Shown: positions 34,307 through 48,636, counted from the stretch's first letter. The stretch: DNA of 64,000 nt from Anthoceros angustus (GCA_010909165.1 VJWM01000204.1:62001-126000); one strand, 5' to 3'. A program made the numbers and translations. Notes: generated by a model not told the origin, from the letters alone.

Positions 34307-34949
34307 CTTGCGGAAGGGAATTCTGCACCGGATCTCCCAGCTGAGCGACAATCCTCCTCCGTATGACGAATTCCTTCCTGCCTCGCTGCCTTCCTGCCAA
34401 GCCATGTACCAGAGCGTCACTTCGCTGTCTTCCAGCGCCGGCCATGTTAGCAGGTTGAGCGCAGAAGGTGCCTCATCGTAATCAGGTGCATCAGCATCAC
34501 ATTCTCGAATTCACCTCACAATGTTCCGCGAGATTCTTGTAGGAAGGCGATGGAGTAAGACGCTGCCTGCTTGTGACGCAGATCCTGAACGCAGGATGGC
34601 CGGGAAGGTGGAGAAAAGAGCCGCACAGGACCTGAGAGTTTTCACTTGCAAAACATCGAAGGTAGGGATGCAAATTGCAATGCTGAGCTATCTGGGGATT
34701 TGCTCAGACGCCCGAGAACAAGAGAAACCTCTGCATATATAGACTAGAACATTGATGAGCTATCTCGATGCTTATTTCCCGAGCTCGAGGAGTTCATGGG
34801 AACTCGGGCCGAGGTGAATCGGTGAATCGGGCCGCGGTTTGTTAATACTATGACGTTTTTATGCAATGGGCAGAGCCTTCCCCACACCCCCACACGGCGT
34901 CGTCGTCAGCCCATAATAAACTTCCGGTTGGCAGGTTAGGAGACGGGGA

Positions 34950-37900
34950 CGGGAGGGCTCATGAGGTAGTTGCATGAGTTTCACCACACGCCTTCCTTAC
35001 ACCGAGGAACTTATACCAGCATTGAAATTCGCACCTAAAACTTGGCCGATAGATGGCCTTATTAGGAAAAAGGCAATCCGAACTCCCATGCCTACCTACC
35101 GAAGGGTACGAAGCCTTTAAAAAACAAAAGAAAAGGAGAATATGAAACACATTCTGAAGTAGGGGATAATGATCATTAGTAAGTGCGAAAAATATTGTTT
35201 GTAATACAAAGCAAGTAGGAAAGAGACCGTGAAGCTGATTAGGAAAGAAAATACCACTCGTTACCCCATTAGTGAGAGGGGCTCTCACAATTTATTGCTT
35301 TTTATTCAAATCGCTGATGGAAAGGCATAGAGCGCATGTAGCTCATCGGATAGAGCGTCTTTCCATATCACAACCCTTGACATCGGAACCAAGTTTCGGA
35401 AGCATAGAATTGAATCGAGCGTCTTTCCATATCACAACCCTTGACATCGGAACCAAGTTTCGGAAGCATAGAATTGAATCTCGAGGGCTACCGCAAACCA
35501 TCCACTTTCTCCGAAGCCTTCGACCACTTCATCTAAATGATAGTAGAAAAGATTATGTATGCACGGGAGCTCCTTGAGGTCATCTCATCTGCAATCCTCA
35601 ATAGCATGAAACAAGATCATGCCATAAAAAAGCTTGCTATGGCCAAAGCTTTCTTGTCAAGTGGTATGACACGCATACACTGTCGGGCCATTCTCTTGGT
35701 TAGGACCAAAAGCGAGCGCCGGCGCCCTGGCGCATGGAAGCCAAAAAACTAAAGTGAAACATTGGCAGGGTTTCCGGATCTCACCTTCCCAGCAACCGTC
35801 GTTTGAAACCGAGCAATCATGTCGTCGTTGAGTGCAAAGGATATTCCTTCCTCACTTCCTCGAAAGATGAGCACTCCAAATGTTTAGCCATGGCCACTTG
35901 GATAACATGCAGTTTCTTTCTTGAAGTAATTTCGTCCTCCATTCCTTTGAGATCCAGGATGCCTGTCAATACCTTCCTGTTGCCATAACAAGAATCTGTT
36001 GTCCACATTCACCCGTTGGTATAACTGGAATGATTTCCAGGGTTTCGCGAGCATGTCTTTCGGCTTGAAATACACTGTTTCCACGTGCTTGGGATCATCT
36101 GTGACTTTCCTTTTCCTTCCCTTCTTCTTTGGTGCCGGTATGTGCTTCTACTGTAACTACTTTGCTTCCCACTTGGAAAAGATCTTATCAATATTATCCC
36201 ATACCTTGCCCTCCTGCTTCGAGATGCATAATATGTGTGTCATGTTATCCACTTTGTTCTGCTTGTAGACGTCATCTTCGCGCCCTTCATCATCTTCAAT
36301 TAATCCAAGAACCTTATAGAGATTGAACTTCCAGGACATTGTCATCTGCACTCCATCACGACGCGCAATAAGAAGCTCATCCCGTAAATACCTAACCTGT
36401 TCAATAAAAGACATTTTCTTCCGCTTGTCAGACATGGTGTTATGGTCAGTCGCAAGAACTCTCATCTCCGGCACCGTAAGCCCACAGTATACATGCGCTT
36501 CTACATATTGAAGACGGGACTTCCCCGGAGCAATATTGGCCAAGTGCTTCATAGCAGCATATGTGTGGTTCCCCCCAAGGACGCCCATAATATATTTCTT
36601 GGCCCTTAATTTCTTCCAGTCCAACTTGCTAATATCAGACCCCGGGTCAATCATGCCGTGGCGACCCTTCTTCAATCCTTCCCTTGAATAACTCGGCTAG
36701 GTAGTTTGACCATGCCTCGTCTACCCTCCTGATTTGGGCATCTGGTGTAATATAAGATGCGGGCTTCAAATTCTCAAGCTTTACGATCATCTCGAACAAC
36801 TTTCTTTGAATATGCAGAGTCCCTGATTATTGTCAATAGGTCTGATTCCCGAATGGCATCTTCAAGTCTTTCCTCATCTGTCCGCACATGGACAGTCGCT
36901 ATGTTATCCTGATGGGCTTCACTCCCTGTATCCTTCCTGGACTTTTTCTTTCTCTTCCCCCCAGATGCAGCCTCGCTCTGTGATCGACTAGTATGACCTG
37001 TTGCATCGTTCCCACCATGCCTTCCTTTCCTACTCGAGTCCCCTGTCTCCATACCCTCGGATCTGGCGGACACCGCAGGTTCTTCAATGGGAGCTCGCAC
37101 TCGCCCGCCCACCTGCTCAGCCACCGTCTCTCCCGCAACAATGGCATGGGCGTCCGCAATTGGCCTCATCAGATGGGCCGAGTTCACTATCTGCACTTGG
37201 CCCGTTGGGCCATCCTGGGCCCCGCTCGCCAGTGGGCTGACTCGGTTGGGACATTTCCCTCCTATCTTTGGATGGCCGGATTAGTAATCTTCCCGCATAT
37301 TGTCGTAATTAGTGCCCTTGCTTGCTGAGCATCCTGCAAAACATAAAAGGATGGAGAAAGGCAAGAAAGAATCCACATGTTTTAGAAACCAACATACCAC
37401 GATCTGCATCAAGGGACTTGAAAACCTTATTACAAATTCATACTTACAGTTGGCTGACGCATAGCATTTCTGAAAGCCTCCACCAGGTTTGGAGGACTGC
37501 ATTTCTTGCTTTGGAAGCCATGTAGGCTAACCTCATAAGCCTTGTACATGGTTTCGTCTTCAATTATCCGATCAAACAGCAAAGGCTTTGTTGTGCAGAG
37601 CATTTGAAACACAGGCTCCCCTCCATCCATATCCACAGTCGCCCACAGAACCCAGCCAGCCCTGGCTCTTTGGTTTGGCAAGGCCCCTTGAACCCTACGA
37701 TCCACAATTTCAGGAGTGGAGTCCAAAAATTGTTCTCCTCCAAAGGCTCCTCATCCTGAGTCAACATCTAATCTTTCTCCAGCAAAACATGGGCCTCCAC
37801 CTTGTTCCCCAACCGCCGTATGGCAACAGTGTCCTCGTAGTTAAATGGAGTTGGAATAGGCGCTGGCACTGATTGCCTATGGGGTCTCTTCCCTCGGTCT

Positions 37901-38121
37901 CCTCCCTGGGCCGCCTTCTCCTTCATTGTGCTAGCCTTCCCAGACGTTAGGCTACTCGATTTCCCATGCCCAATCGACAGTGCACCTCCAGGGCTAGTGC
38001 TTGATGGCCTGGGTTGTAGCTGCGCCCCTCCACTGGAGGTAGTCCGCACGCCTTCTCCAACATCCACACAAATTCCATCCGCATCCTTCTTCTTGCTGGG
38101 GGATTTCTTTGCTTTGGGCAT
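34950..38121 (-). pseudogene. Decayed multi-exon gene with a ParB/Srx-like domain, probably transposon cargo
   Basis: Basic N-terminus MPKAKKSPSKKK; QIRRVDE...GVLGGNHTYAAM...VEAHVY.GL...LA..HN, a ParB-like GxH motif; frameshifts. Confidence 0.55.
35353..35480. repeat. Tandem duplication of about 65 bp
   Basis: gagcgtcttt...cttgacatcggaaccaagttt..gcatagaattgaatc x2. Confidence 0.85.
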
Positions 38122-39399
38122 CGGGTCGGGATGTGCGCCTCGTTCTCCACGTTCCTTCCCTGCGTCTTAGCTTGCCATCCTCAAGAGATTAGATACAATC
38201 GCCATAGGAAGCGGGCGCAATTCAAAGAAGGAATCGGCACAAAGAAGGAAATTTGCGAGCAGAAGGGGAGGGCCATCTGACTATGTGAATCGCGTGAGAG
38301 GAAATGGCGGAGGATTACAGCGTGGTGAAGTCGCGTCTTTGGGAGGAGCGCCAAAAGTCCTTTTTGAGGCTCTTGGGCGCCGCCAGTCCGTCTGCGCTCG
38401 AAGCGTCTCTCTCGGGTTACTCTCCACTTGAGAAAGTATGGCGGTTCGGGTCACGTCATACACATGTCTTGGCAACCTAACCATAAATGTCAATTAAGGA
38501 ATGATTACATGGAAAACCATTTATAGGACCCTAAGTCAAAAAAGTACATGTGAACCCCAATGCCGAGAAAACAATGAAGAGGCGGTGTGCCTTGCGCCAA
38601 GATCTACCGGTGAAGATCTTTCGGTTTATTTGCTCATAATGGCATTTCCACCTTACCTTGATGTCGCCTATCATACCACGCTGATGAGTGAGACCATATT
38701 TCGATAGAGGTGCGGAGTCCTCGCGGCGACAATGTTGCGCGCCACACACATCGAGTCGAAGAGGTCGAGTTTTCGTCCACAAAGTTCATTCCTCGCCGTT
38801 TGTGCGATCAAGGAACATGTACTTGAGAACAAGTGTTGGGTTTGCATCATTCTCGGTCTCTCGTCATGTAATGACGACATTGATGTTGTTGCGGAGGAGC
38901 GGTGAGGAAGAGGGGTCTTTGATTTCGGATGGTGAGACTCTCTGTGAGGAGCCAAGGATGGTGGTTGAATGGGGCCCCGGCCTTCCCGATCATGAGCAAC
39001 GAAAACGAGTCCGAACTCCGGAAGGTTAGTTTGCCTTCAACAAGCGACTTGTTTGCGGTGAAGACAATGTTGTGGCGAATAGTCCACCCCATCCGTGGTA
39101 TTCCATCTCATGCACACGCACAGTGGTATTGCGGTAATGCTCGTCGCCATCGACAAGCGTCCTCTCCGGCATTCGCGTGGGGTGCCCATGACCCCGTGAA
39201 CTTGAACTTATATCGCCATTGATGGGAATCCGCATCCAAGACACGAAGGAAGGGAGATGGGGTGCGATCCCGTCGTGGTTTGTTCCGCCAAGGAGCGATG
39301 CGAGGATGAGGGAGTTCCACAAGCAAATGATCCGTGGTGAGGATGGGATGATGACTTTGTTCACCCTCCTCCGGTGCATCCGGAACATTCCATCCCAAG

Positions 39400-41650
39400 C
39401 CTTTAAGTGAGACATTGATGACAACAAAGCTTTCGGGCAGCGCGGCAGGCGGCGTGAGGTGTCTTTGCAAAAATGCGGAGAAGGTGGCAGACTTTCTTAA
39501 ACCGTGTTGCAACCAAATGTGCATGCGAGGTTGACCAAGCAAGGCCTTGAGAACAGCGATATAGGTTCCTCACAATGTGCGAGGAGGCGAGACATTTCTT
39601 CAAAGCCTCGTACATCGGGACCCGAGTCAAACTAACAAAGAAAGAGTTTTACGCATGTTATGGGATCGGTTCCTCTGTTGTTGTGAAGGCCTTCAAGAGT
39701 ATATTGTATGGGGCTATGATCGAGGAGGCGAAAGGGAGGGTCATGAGGAATGCCCGTGGGATAGTGTTCGAACCAACCCAATTCATCCCGTCTCATGCAC
39801 TTGGTGCTCTAGCGTGGATGGATAATGCTTTTTACATTCATGGTGAAAAGACTTCGAGAGCGTGTATATACACACGACACCTATAAAAAGTTGGAGATAT
39901 GGGCATTGTATAAACGGCAATGTCAAAGCTCAGTCTGCGTTGTGACGTCTGGTGGTTTTTGAAGTTATGGAAATCTAACTTCAGCCAAGTGAAGATTCCC
40001 AAATCCAACAGTTCTCGACCGCTCAATATGTCTTGAGGTTAAAGACCACCATTCGAATACAACTCGGAAGGTTGATCAAGGTAGATATCACTCACCACTA
40101 GTACAACCCATCTGAGTGGGAGGAGTTTTTGAGTTCATCCCATAGTTCGCCGAATGAGCGGTGGTAGATGGTTCGAACAGTGTCGGAGGGTGGGCGCGGC
40201 CGCCCGGCCCCTCGGATGGTGATTTGAAGTTGCGAGTACCATGTTTGAAACTTGATGTCCTTGTTCATGGATGGCCCCAGGTTGTAGGTTTGATTGGTCG
40301 AGTTTGTAGGCCGGCCGGGCGCCCGGCGCCGGCGCCCAACCTTCAAACTCGCCAACCATAATATATGACCTAGAAGGTGGACGTTTTGTAGATTTTAGAT
40401 TGGGAAGATGGTAAATGTATGTGTGAAGAGGTGATAGTCCACGACATCGGTTTGTTGTATGCAATGGGTTTCATGGATTACATCTTCGCTTGTGGTGTGG
40501 AAGAAGCGTGTTTGTATGTGTGAAATTGGGAACGTGAAACTTGGAAGGATGTGAACTTGGAGCGTGTTTGGTGGGCGAGAAAAATATCGAGCGCGTTAGA
40601 GGCACACGTCGGCAGAGGAGGCGGGAAAAATGGCAAAACACCGTGAAAAGAGTTCTGAGGGCGGATAAGTACATGCTCCTCGCTATAGACTAATGGACCA
40701 AGAAGACCGAGATTCCACACTGCGTTGGCCAAAGAATCTTGATGAGGTGTGTATACATGCACGTGGTGGGTTGCATGATCCACAATTATCGTCTGTGACA
40801 GAGTGTTTTTGCACTATGCCAATTTGAGGAACGATGCGAATCGACAATCGAGGATTATTCAAGATGTTATTCTTAATTATAAAGGAGTGCTACCCAAAGT
40901 GCTCTATTTGCAACAACACTTGCGGAAAACAAGAACCAGCTGTTGTTTGCGTGTTTGAACATGCTAGTTGATATGGGAACTTTTCGGAAGGTGAAGGTTG
41001 GGTTCCTCCTTGTTGGGCACACTCACGACCAAATCGACCGATGTTCTCTTGCTTTTCCAAAAGCTTGAAGCACAAGGAGGCACACACTCTTCCGCGTTGG
41101 CGACATCTTGGTTCATGCATACACGCCTACACCGGAGATCAAAGTTTTGCGGAGGTCCGGACTTGGTCATATGTATGGCCGATTAGACAAGCGATGGTCG
41201 AGCATATTCATCGGTGAGAAAATTGAACAACTTATCTTTCCAAACGGTTTAAAATCACCAGAGAAGACAAACGGGGTAGGCTGATAATTAGGAGCAAGCA
41301 ATATTCGACATCGATGTATTGGGAAGCAGAAGCCGGGTTGGAGTTTTTGAAATTTGTCCCTCCAACGACCGCATTTGCGGTATCGGCCCTCGGGCTCGAG
41401 ACAAGAAAGGGAGGCGGGGTTATCTCCGGAAGGAGTGGCACATTTGAGGCGGAGTGCAGCCGCGGCCATATGTGTGGAAGAATATGGATGGTGGGAAGCA
41501 TTCTGGTGGACCAAGAAGAAATCGCAATAATCGTGGAGAACAACATTGGGCTCGCACTAGAAGTGGTGGAAATGGTTCTCTCGGGCGAATCGGAAGAAAG
41601 CGCAACCACTCCAAGTTCCCGATGAAGCTATCCTAGAGGCGTTGCTAAGA
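39400..41650 (+). mobile_element. Decayed DDD-type DNA transposase (Sola/DUF7869-like)
   Basis: Cys-rich N-terminus (CLC...CC..C), LLAID..(MD)..KTEIPH at about 40680, and LYLQ..NTC.ENKNQLLF...FLLVGHTHDQIDR at about 40900-41045; many frameshifts. Confidence 0.7.
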
Positions 41651-42902
41651 GAACTCCCCAACGGATATGTACTTGGGGCCTTCGGTTGGGAAGGCGGCGA
41701 GAAATCGTTGCATGGAGATGTAAAAGACATAAAGGAAGGGATGTTCATCGCGTACCTTGTACCGATACGCATAATCGGCCTTCGGATTGGGAAGATGTCG
41801 GTGAGGTTGGATGTGGAAGAGCCTCATTTCGTTCATCGCACAGATCGAGCATGATGCATATGAAGGCGGTCGTGGAAGAATATGTGATTCGACCCATCCG
41901 ACAATTTGGGATTGGAAGGAAAAGGGTGGGAAGGCAAATTTCGAAGAATGTTCAAGAAGTCTTCATCAATAAAACTATCATCTTGTATTATGGGTTCGTT
42001 TGAATTCGTAAACATCTCTATTCCATTGACAAAAAGCGATCGAGGATAAGTTGAATGAATTGCGGGCTTCATCGAGCGGCCAAAGAAAGTGCACGAAGAT
42101 ACGGTGGTGAGGACATCGGGCCCTTGGACATGGAAGGTGTCAATTCGGGAGATGAGTGAAAAGATGTATGAAGTGGAGGCAAACATCGGTGGACATCGGT
42201 AACAAGAGGGTTTACTCTCGCCGTCGCGCCAAGTGTTAGGGTCAAAGTGGGGAGCTCGCGTTAGTGATAGGGGAATCATTGCTATCATTCGGTGATGGAA
42301 GTTGAAGAAGTTGGAGTCACTTCCACGGCCGTAGGTTGCGATCGGCGACATGGACAAATGGCATGGCCGTGGGCGCCGCCATTTTTCACCATGTAGCATG
42401 GAAACCGCTTTTCCGCATCCCCTATTGTACATTTTGTTCGAACTATATAACCCATCCGCATGCATGCCTAAATCCTAAATCGTGGAAATTGATAGTTCGG
42501 CGCCACGGCTTCTTGCCAAAACAAAGACTATGGGTTCGGCGGACGGTTCGGAAAGAAGCACCATTCTTTACCAATGATGGATGAAGATTGCGCAATGTCT
42601 TCAAAAGACCTTGTTTATTTAGAATGCCTCAACAACCCGTTCCCTTTTGTCCTTCCGAGTACTTATGGTAAGCAAACATGGGTCGTATTATGCCAAATTC
42701 GATGGCGAACTCGCCCTAACCCCTTTGTGTGATGGAGCCACTGCTTCGGACGTCGATTCCATCCATTATCCACCCTTATTTTCAGGCTTTTTGGGAGCGA
42801 TGGTGCCCAAAGGAATTGCATGCGACCCATCCCAAACCCCCTTCCGACCATATTTGGATGAAAACCCCCTTAGTGTATATTAACCCCCTTCAAGGATTAT
42901 CA

Positions 42903-43221
42903 TGTTATACCTTACTATGAATATATTCATGTCAAGGGCTAATATGAATAGACCCTTCACAGAGGACAAGCTGAGATCAAAGTTTGTCCTTTAGATATCT
43001 ACAATACAAGAGTGTTGTGAGGAAGCCAAAGCTATGACTCAGAAAGTAACGTGTGAGGATTTTGCATGTTGTTCTCGTGGGGAGAGTGTGTTTGTGCCAC
43101 AACATGCAAGCTACTCTCGTCTTTTCTTATTAGTTAGCACCTATATTACTGTAAATTTATTTTTCTTGGTTGTCTGTAGAGGAAGTGCTCATGCGAATGC
43201 AAGTGCTAACCTTGTGTGACA
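42903..43221 (+). repeat. Solo-LTR-like repeat
   Basis: TGTTATAC...GTGTGACA termini; homologous to 1976-2300; no TSD seen. Confidence 0.55.
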
Positions 43222-44840
43222 AAGGGGTCTCCACATGCAATACAACCTCTTATTAATCAAGTACCAAAAAGTGTCACTTGGTGTTCTCACTTTCAATCTA
43301 CTAATAACGAACATGTTATACATTCTCCATCTGAACTTTATGCTACACACCACAATGAAAGTCATGTGAGAGATGTTGTGATCAAATAAGCTCTACGCAT
43401 TTGAAGTTCAAGATTGTGAGATTACAACTTTCTATCATGAAACTACCACTATCTGTCATAATAGGTGAGATGTATGAGAAGCATCTACAATACAAATGTT
43501 ATGTACCATGTGAAACTCCGCCGAGTCCAACGGTTTTGCACACCTAGAAACTACAAGTTTGACAAACTTTACTTGAGCTGAAGAATGAATAACATTGATT
43601 TCTTGTTGTGACACATGTTGAAAGAAAAGAAGTTGCTTGGACTTCTCGACGAAGTGTATCTCAGTTTGATTTCGCCCAATCGGATGGTCCAAGACCCCAC
43701 ATGGTTTTTGACCTGTGTTATCACCCTTCCCCTTTGTCATTAGACAGTCGTGAGTGCCTTGGTGAGGACGTCTGCCGTCATTTGTTCCATAGGCCATTAT
43801 ATAACTTCAAATTTTCCGTCCTCTACCACTTGCTTGATAAAGTGGAATTGGACTTCTATACGTTTCGTTCTCGCATGGAACTTTGGGTTGTAAATGAGTG
43901 CTATGGCACTTTAATTGTCGCAACAAAGCGTCCTTGGTATTTGTTGTGCTTCTCCAAGTTCGGATAGTTGTAGAAGCTGCCAAAGACCGTCTTTGCAGGC
44001 ATGTGTGAGCGAGCAATATTCATCTTCGGTTGAACTGAGTGCCACCACATGTTGTCTCATACTGCTCTAACTAGTGGCTGTTCTGAGTCCGAGCAAATAA
44101 GCATAGCTACTTGTGCTCTTCCTGTCATCGGCATTCCCTGCCCAATCAGCATTGCTATATCCCTCAAGTTGTAGAGGCTCACCTCGCTTAATAGACGACT
44201 AGTATAAGAGACCACTGTTAGGAGTATAGTGGCTCGCAAGTATTTGAATACCCGCTTAGCGGCCTTCCAATGGGCCTATGTCGGAGCTGTTGGAAATTGA
44301 GATAAAACTCCCACTGAAAATGCGAGGTCTGGTCTTGTGCATACCATAAGGTACATCAAGCTCCCAATTGCTGAAGAATATGGTAGCTCATTGTTGTCGG
44401 AGGTAGGTGCTTCAAATTGTTGGTCTTGTTATTTGCTAAGCTTCAAGTTAGCTTCCATGGGAGTAGAAATGGGCTTAAACTCTAACATGTTATATTTGGT
44501 TAGAATTTCCTGGATATACTTTGATTGATGAATAAAAATGCTTCTAGCTTCTCTATGTTGAAGAACTTGAATGCCTAAACAAAATGAGAGTTCACGGCAA
44601 GTTGTCGAAGACAAACTTTTAGCGAGCATTAGTCTAGTGTCCTCTAAGATGACCTTAGATTTTAACATGAGGACAATATCATCAACATAGACTCCTAACA
44701 CAATGAACTGGTTCTTAGATCTCTTAATATAAATATTACTATATGAGTTTAGTCTAGTAAAGCCTAAAGACTTAAGACTAACATCTAACTTAAAATACCA
44801 CTTCATGGCGCTTTGCTTGAGTCCATATAGAGAATTTAAG

Positions 44841-45450
44841 CATTGTATTTTGCTAACATATATGTTAGCAACAAAGCACCCTGGAAAATGAGAGCATACC
44901 TACTAGACTGCTTGGAGGCACCCTTGCTCCCTGTAGCAATCGATTGCGAGCCCATCTGCGAGCTCGTGTTTGTAGCCTCGACCTCCCCCTCAAGTCGTCT
45001 TCTACACACAATCATGTACACAGGCTGCATAAGCACCCTACCACGCACCCAAGCGAGAGCTGGAAATTCGAAAACTACACAAACAGACCTTGCTACTCTT
45101 GCTTCCATCACTGTTTTCGTGGAGTTGTTGTCGCAGCTCCAACTTTTCTCCACGCGCGCGGCAGGTGCTCCACAGAATTACCTGACCTCTACTCCGCAAG
45201 CATGGCAGCGCTCCACCAAAATTTCAAAGCAGCCCAGCAAGCGTAACTAGGCACATGTTTCGCAAGTTCAGTCTTTGGGGCGTGAAGATGGCAGGTGGTG
45301 CGCGTCCGTCCAGTTGATGTTAATACTCACGAGCAATGAGTTTTTGACCCATTTTGACTTTTGGACATGCATATATAGAGTATAAAAAATGATATTTAAG
45401 TCGAACTCGAAACTTCTAGAGTTGTTCGGGTCACCACCGTTTTTCAAACT
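44841..45450. mobile_element. Unrelated insertion of about 0.6 kb inside the Copia RT
   Basis: It separates IYMEIPE (about 45500) from SLYGLKQ (about 44830), which are normally about 20 codons apart; boundaries approximate. Confidence 0.6.
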
Positions 45451-48400
45451 TTATGTGCCATACCAAACCGTGCTCTCACCCATATATATTTCCTCGGGTA
45501 TTTCCATGTAGATGATGTTGTCGAGGTCCCCATAAAGAAACTTATGCAACTGGAGAGGCTAGGGCCATAAGGATTCTTAAAGAGGTTATCTTCAAGACCG
45601 GGCTGAAGGTTTCATCGAAGTCCAAATCGTATTTCTATAAATATCCTTGGCCACTAGTCTAGCCTTGTATCTTTCTATGCTACCATCAATATTTAGTTTG
45701 ATTTTGGAGGTTCATTTAGAGCCGACTGATTTTATGTCAGGAGGTAATTTGATTAGCCTTAAGAGGATCTAGCTCGAACTTAATATCTATCTTCCAATAT
45801 TCCCTTTGAGGATAGGTAATAGCTTCTCGGTAACTAATGGGAACAAATTGATCTATGGCGGCACTAAGACAATAAGCTAGGTTGGTTTTAGGGTTCTCCT
45901 AATTGCTAGGAGAATACCTACGTATCCTACCTGCTGTTGTAAGCTGAGATAGTCTACCCATTCTATTGATGTTATCATCCTCAGGAGGCCGAGGATGTGC
46001 TTGAGTCTCCTTGATAAATGAGTCTTCTAGTTTGCTTGAGTCTTGGCCTTGAGTGGCTGAATTATTAATAATTGGGTTGCCCTTGAAGCGCGAGATAAGG
46101 GCTTGGGCTGCTGGAATTGTATGGCCAAGCATTATCCACGGCTGGTTGTTGAGGATCGATGTTGTCCATCCGTTCATGATAGCCGTGAGGGCGCGCGTCT
46201 AAAGATGTGTCGCTGAGAGGACCATATGTGCCTTGGCGTTGCAAGGAGCTATCCGTGCATAGGCCGCCGGAGGTGTGGCCACGCACGCACAGGTGTGTGC
46301 GTCCTCCTCTCCCATTGCTGGATGAGGTTTGCCCATGTATGTCGTGGTGTCTGAAATTGCTGGTCCAGGAGATCGTCGTCGACCTTCCTCTCCTGGAGAG
46401 GAAGGTCGTCACCGACGTCGCGGGGCCTGTCTATCCCTCCCTCAAGCTAAGGGTGGCCGTGCGTACTGGGGCCGGCCGAAGATGCTAGATGAGGCAAGGT
46501 GGACACGTCGTCGTCCATGTCGAAGTCGCCGAGATGATGTCCTCGAATGCAGGCACTGCGGAAAGGTGATAGTGTCCCTAGTTGGGTGCTGGTGTGGCAG
46601 GAGGTAGTGGCAGAGGTAATGGCTGTGCCAGGTGCTGTGGCAGAGGAGGAATGCCGCCGTGTGTGGGGGGAGCTGAGAGGTCCAACTTGGCCCTCGTCTT
46701 CATCAGTGTTGTCTGGTTGTGCAGGAGGGTGACTGGTGGGTGTTCCCACTGGGTGATGGCCTTGCATGTCCTCCAAAAAAGTGACGTCCTAAGAGTGGGT
46801 AAGCTTGTGTGTTTGTGGGTGTATCAATTTATATCCTTGGATGTTGTCTGTAAACCCCATGAAAGGTATTTGTTGGCTTGGTCGTCGAGCTTAGTCCTGA
46901 CTGCTTTTGGTAAACTTATGTGCATAGACGGGTGAGTCGAAGACTCTAAGAGTGGAAAGGTCTGGCTTCATTCCCGTCCAGGCTTCATAGGGAGTGCCTT
47001 GTGCACAGTAAGGAGGTTGTGTCAGATCTGTTAATGATGTAGACTACAAGTCCCATCGCCTTTGGCCAGTAGCTCTTGGGGAGCTTAGCATGAATCAGCA
47101 TAGAGAGGCCGCAATTCTGCACCGTCCTATTCATCCTTTCTGACACTCCATTTTGTTGGGAGGTATAGGGGGTGGTGATGTAATAAATAATATCATGATT
47201 CCTGCAGAACTGCAGCAACAGAGTTGATCCATATTTGCCTACGCCGTCAGATTAGATACATAGGAGGTTGTCCTTTGTCTGTTTTTCAGCCCATGTTTTA
47301 CGATCTTTGAAACAGGTCAATCGATTATCAGCATGAAGTATAGATAGCCAAAAAGTGACCGCTTAAATGGTCCACATAAATCAGAATATACTAATTTTAG
47401 TCGTCTGGTGGCGCTTGTGGTAGATCCTTTGGGGTAGGGAGAGCGATGACTTTTACTGAGAGAGCAAGTTTCGCCTCTATATTGGTAAGTGAGATGCCAC
47501 TTGCAGCTTGTGTCTGGAGCATGTCTCACATCCTTTGGAGACTCATATGCCCTAGACGGGTGTGGCGCGACTTTTGCTGACGGCCAGCCGGGCGCGCACA
47601 ATCCCATGTCGTTGTAGGAAGGAGTCCGTTCCCAAGGGAATGGTCTCGTGCTTATTCGCCGAGCTCTACCATCGCCTGAACGGACTCATCGTTGGGTCCG
47701 TGGCTCCACAACCCTAAGTGTGTGCCTCCACAACTCGTCGGACCAGTGCCACCACCGGACCTTCCCACAAACCCCGCCTCGATTTCTCCAACTAACAGTT
47801 TAACGACGCTGCCCTTCGTCATTCTCGTACTCTAGCGCCCGGCGCTCCTCAACTCGCCACAACTCCACCTCAACACACACGCCTGCATACCCCTTCTCCC
47901 TTATCCATTCCCTAGTAGTCACAACACCAACACGCCGATGTATTCACACCAGCCGCTTTGCCCCTTCCTACCGCTTCACGCTCATGGAGAAGTAGCTTTG
48001 CACTGCAACCCCACCACCGCTCCAGCCTCCAAGGATGGCTTCCGCCAGTCACCCCAAGCGCCTCCTAATCCTCCTACCGCTTCACGCTCATGGAGAAGTG
48101 GCTTCACTGCATCCCCACCTCCGTTCAGCCTCCAAGGATGGCTTCCGCCCAGCAGTCACCCCAAGCGCCTCCTAATCCTCCTACCGCTTCACGCTCATGG
48201 AGAAGTGGCTTCACTGCATCCCCAGCCTCCGTTCCAGCCTCCAAGGTTAGTCTACAGAAATCACCCATGAGCACCTCCTAAGCTCAGTCCGACCCCGTGC
48301 ACCCATCAAGCGTGTTGGCGGAGCTCGTCACCGAGCTCTAAACACATCCTCTACCACCAATTAATCCCGCACGGTGACGCAGAACTCACTCCGCTCCTCG

Positions 48401-48636
48401 AGCACAAGGCAAGAGCACAGGCCAAGATGGTACCCGGATAGTCTACCGTCTTGGACGCCAGCCTTCCTATATACTCCCATACCCTAACCTAACCCGCCTA
48501 TGTATGTATCCTAACCCCGCTATGTATGTACCTAACTGGTCGTGGTAAGCCGACGTAGCTCATCACGCCTTCTTGCAGTACTTCCCATAACAGTAGATCC
48601 ATGCCAGCGATGCCCACCAAACTAAACCACCCTACC

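Noticed and set aside
34760-34852. Possible hAT/MITE terminus (CATAGTATTAAC on the minus strand with aatcgg repeats)
   Set aside because: No partner TIR or TSD found in the window.
46958-46990. miR166-like ggcttcattccc sequence
   Set aside because: Partial match inside the Copia integrase coding region, with no hairpin.
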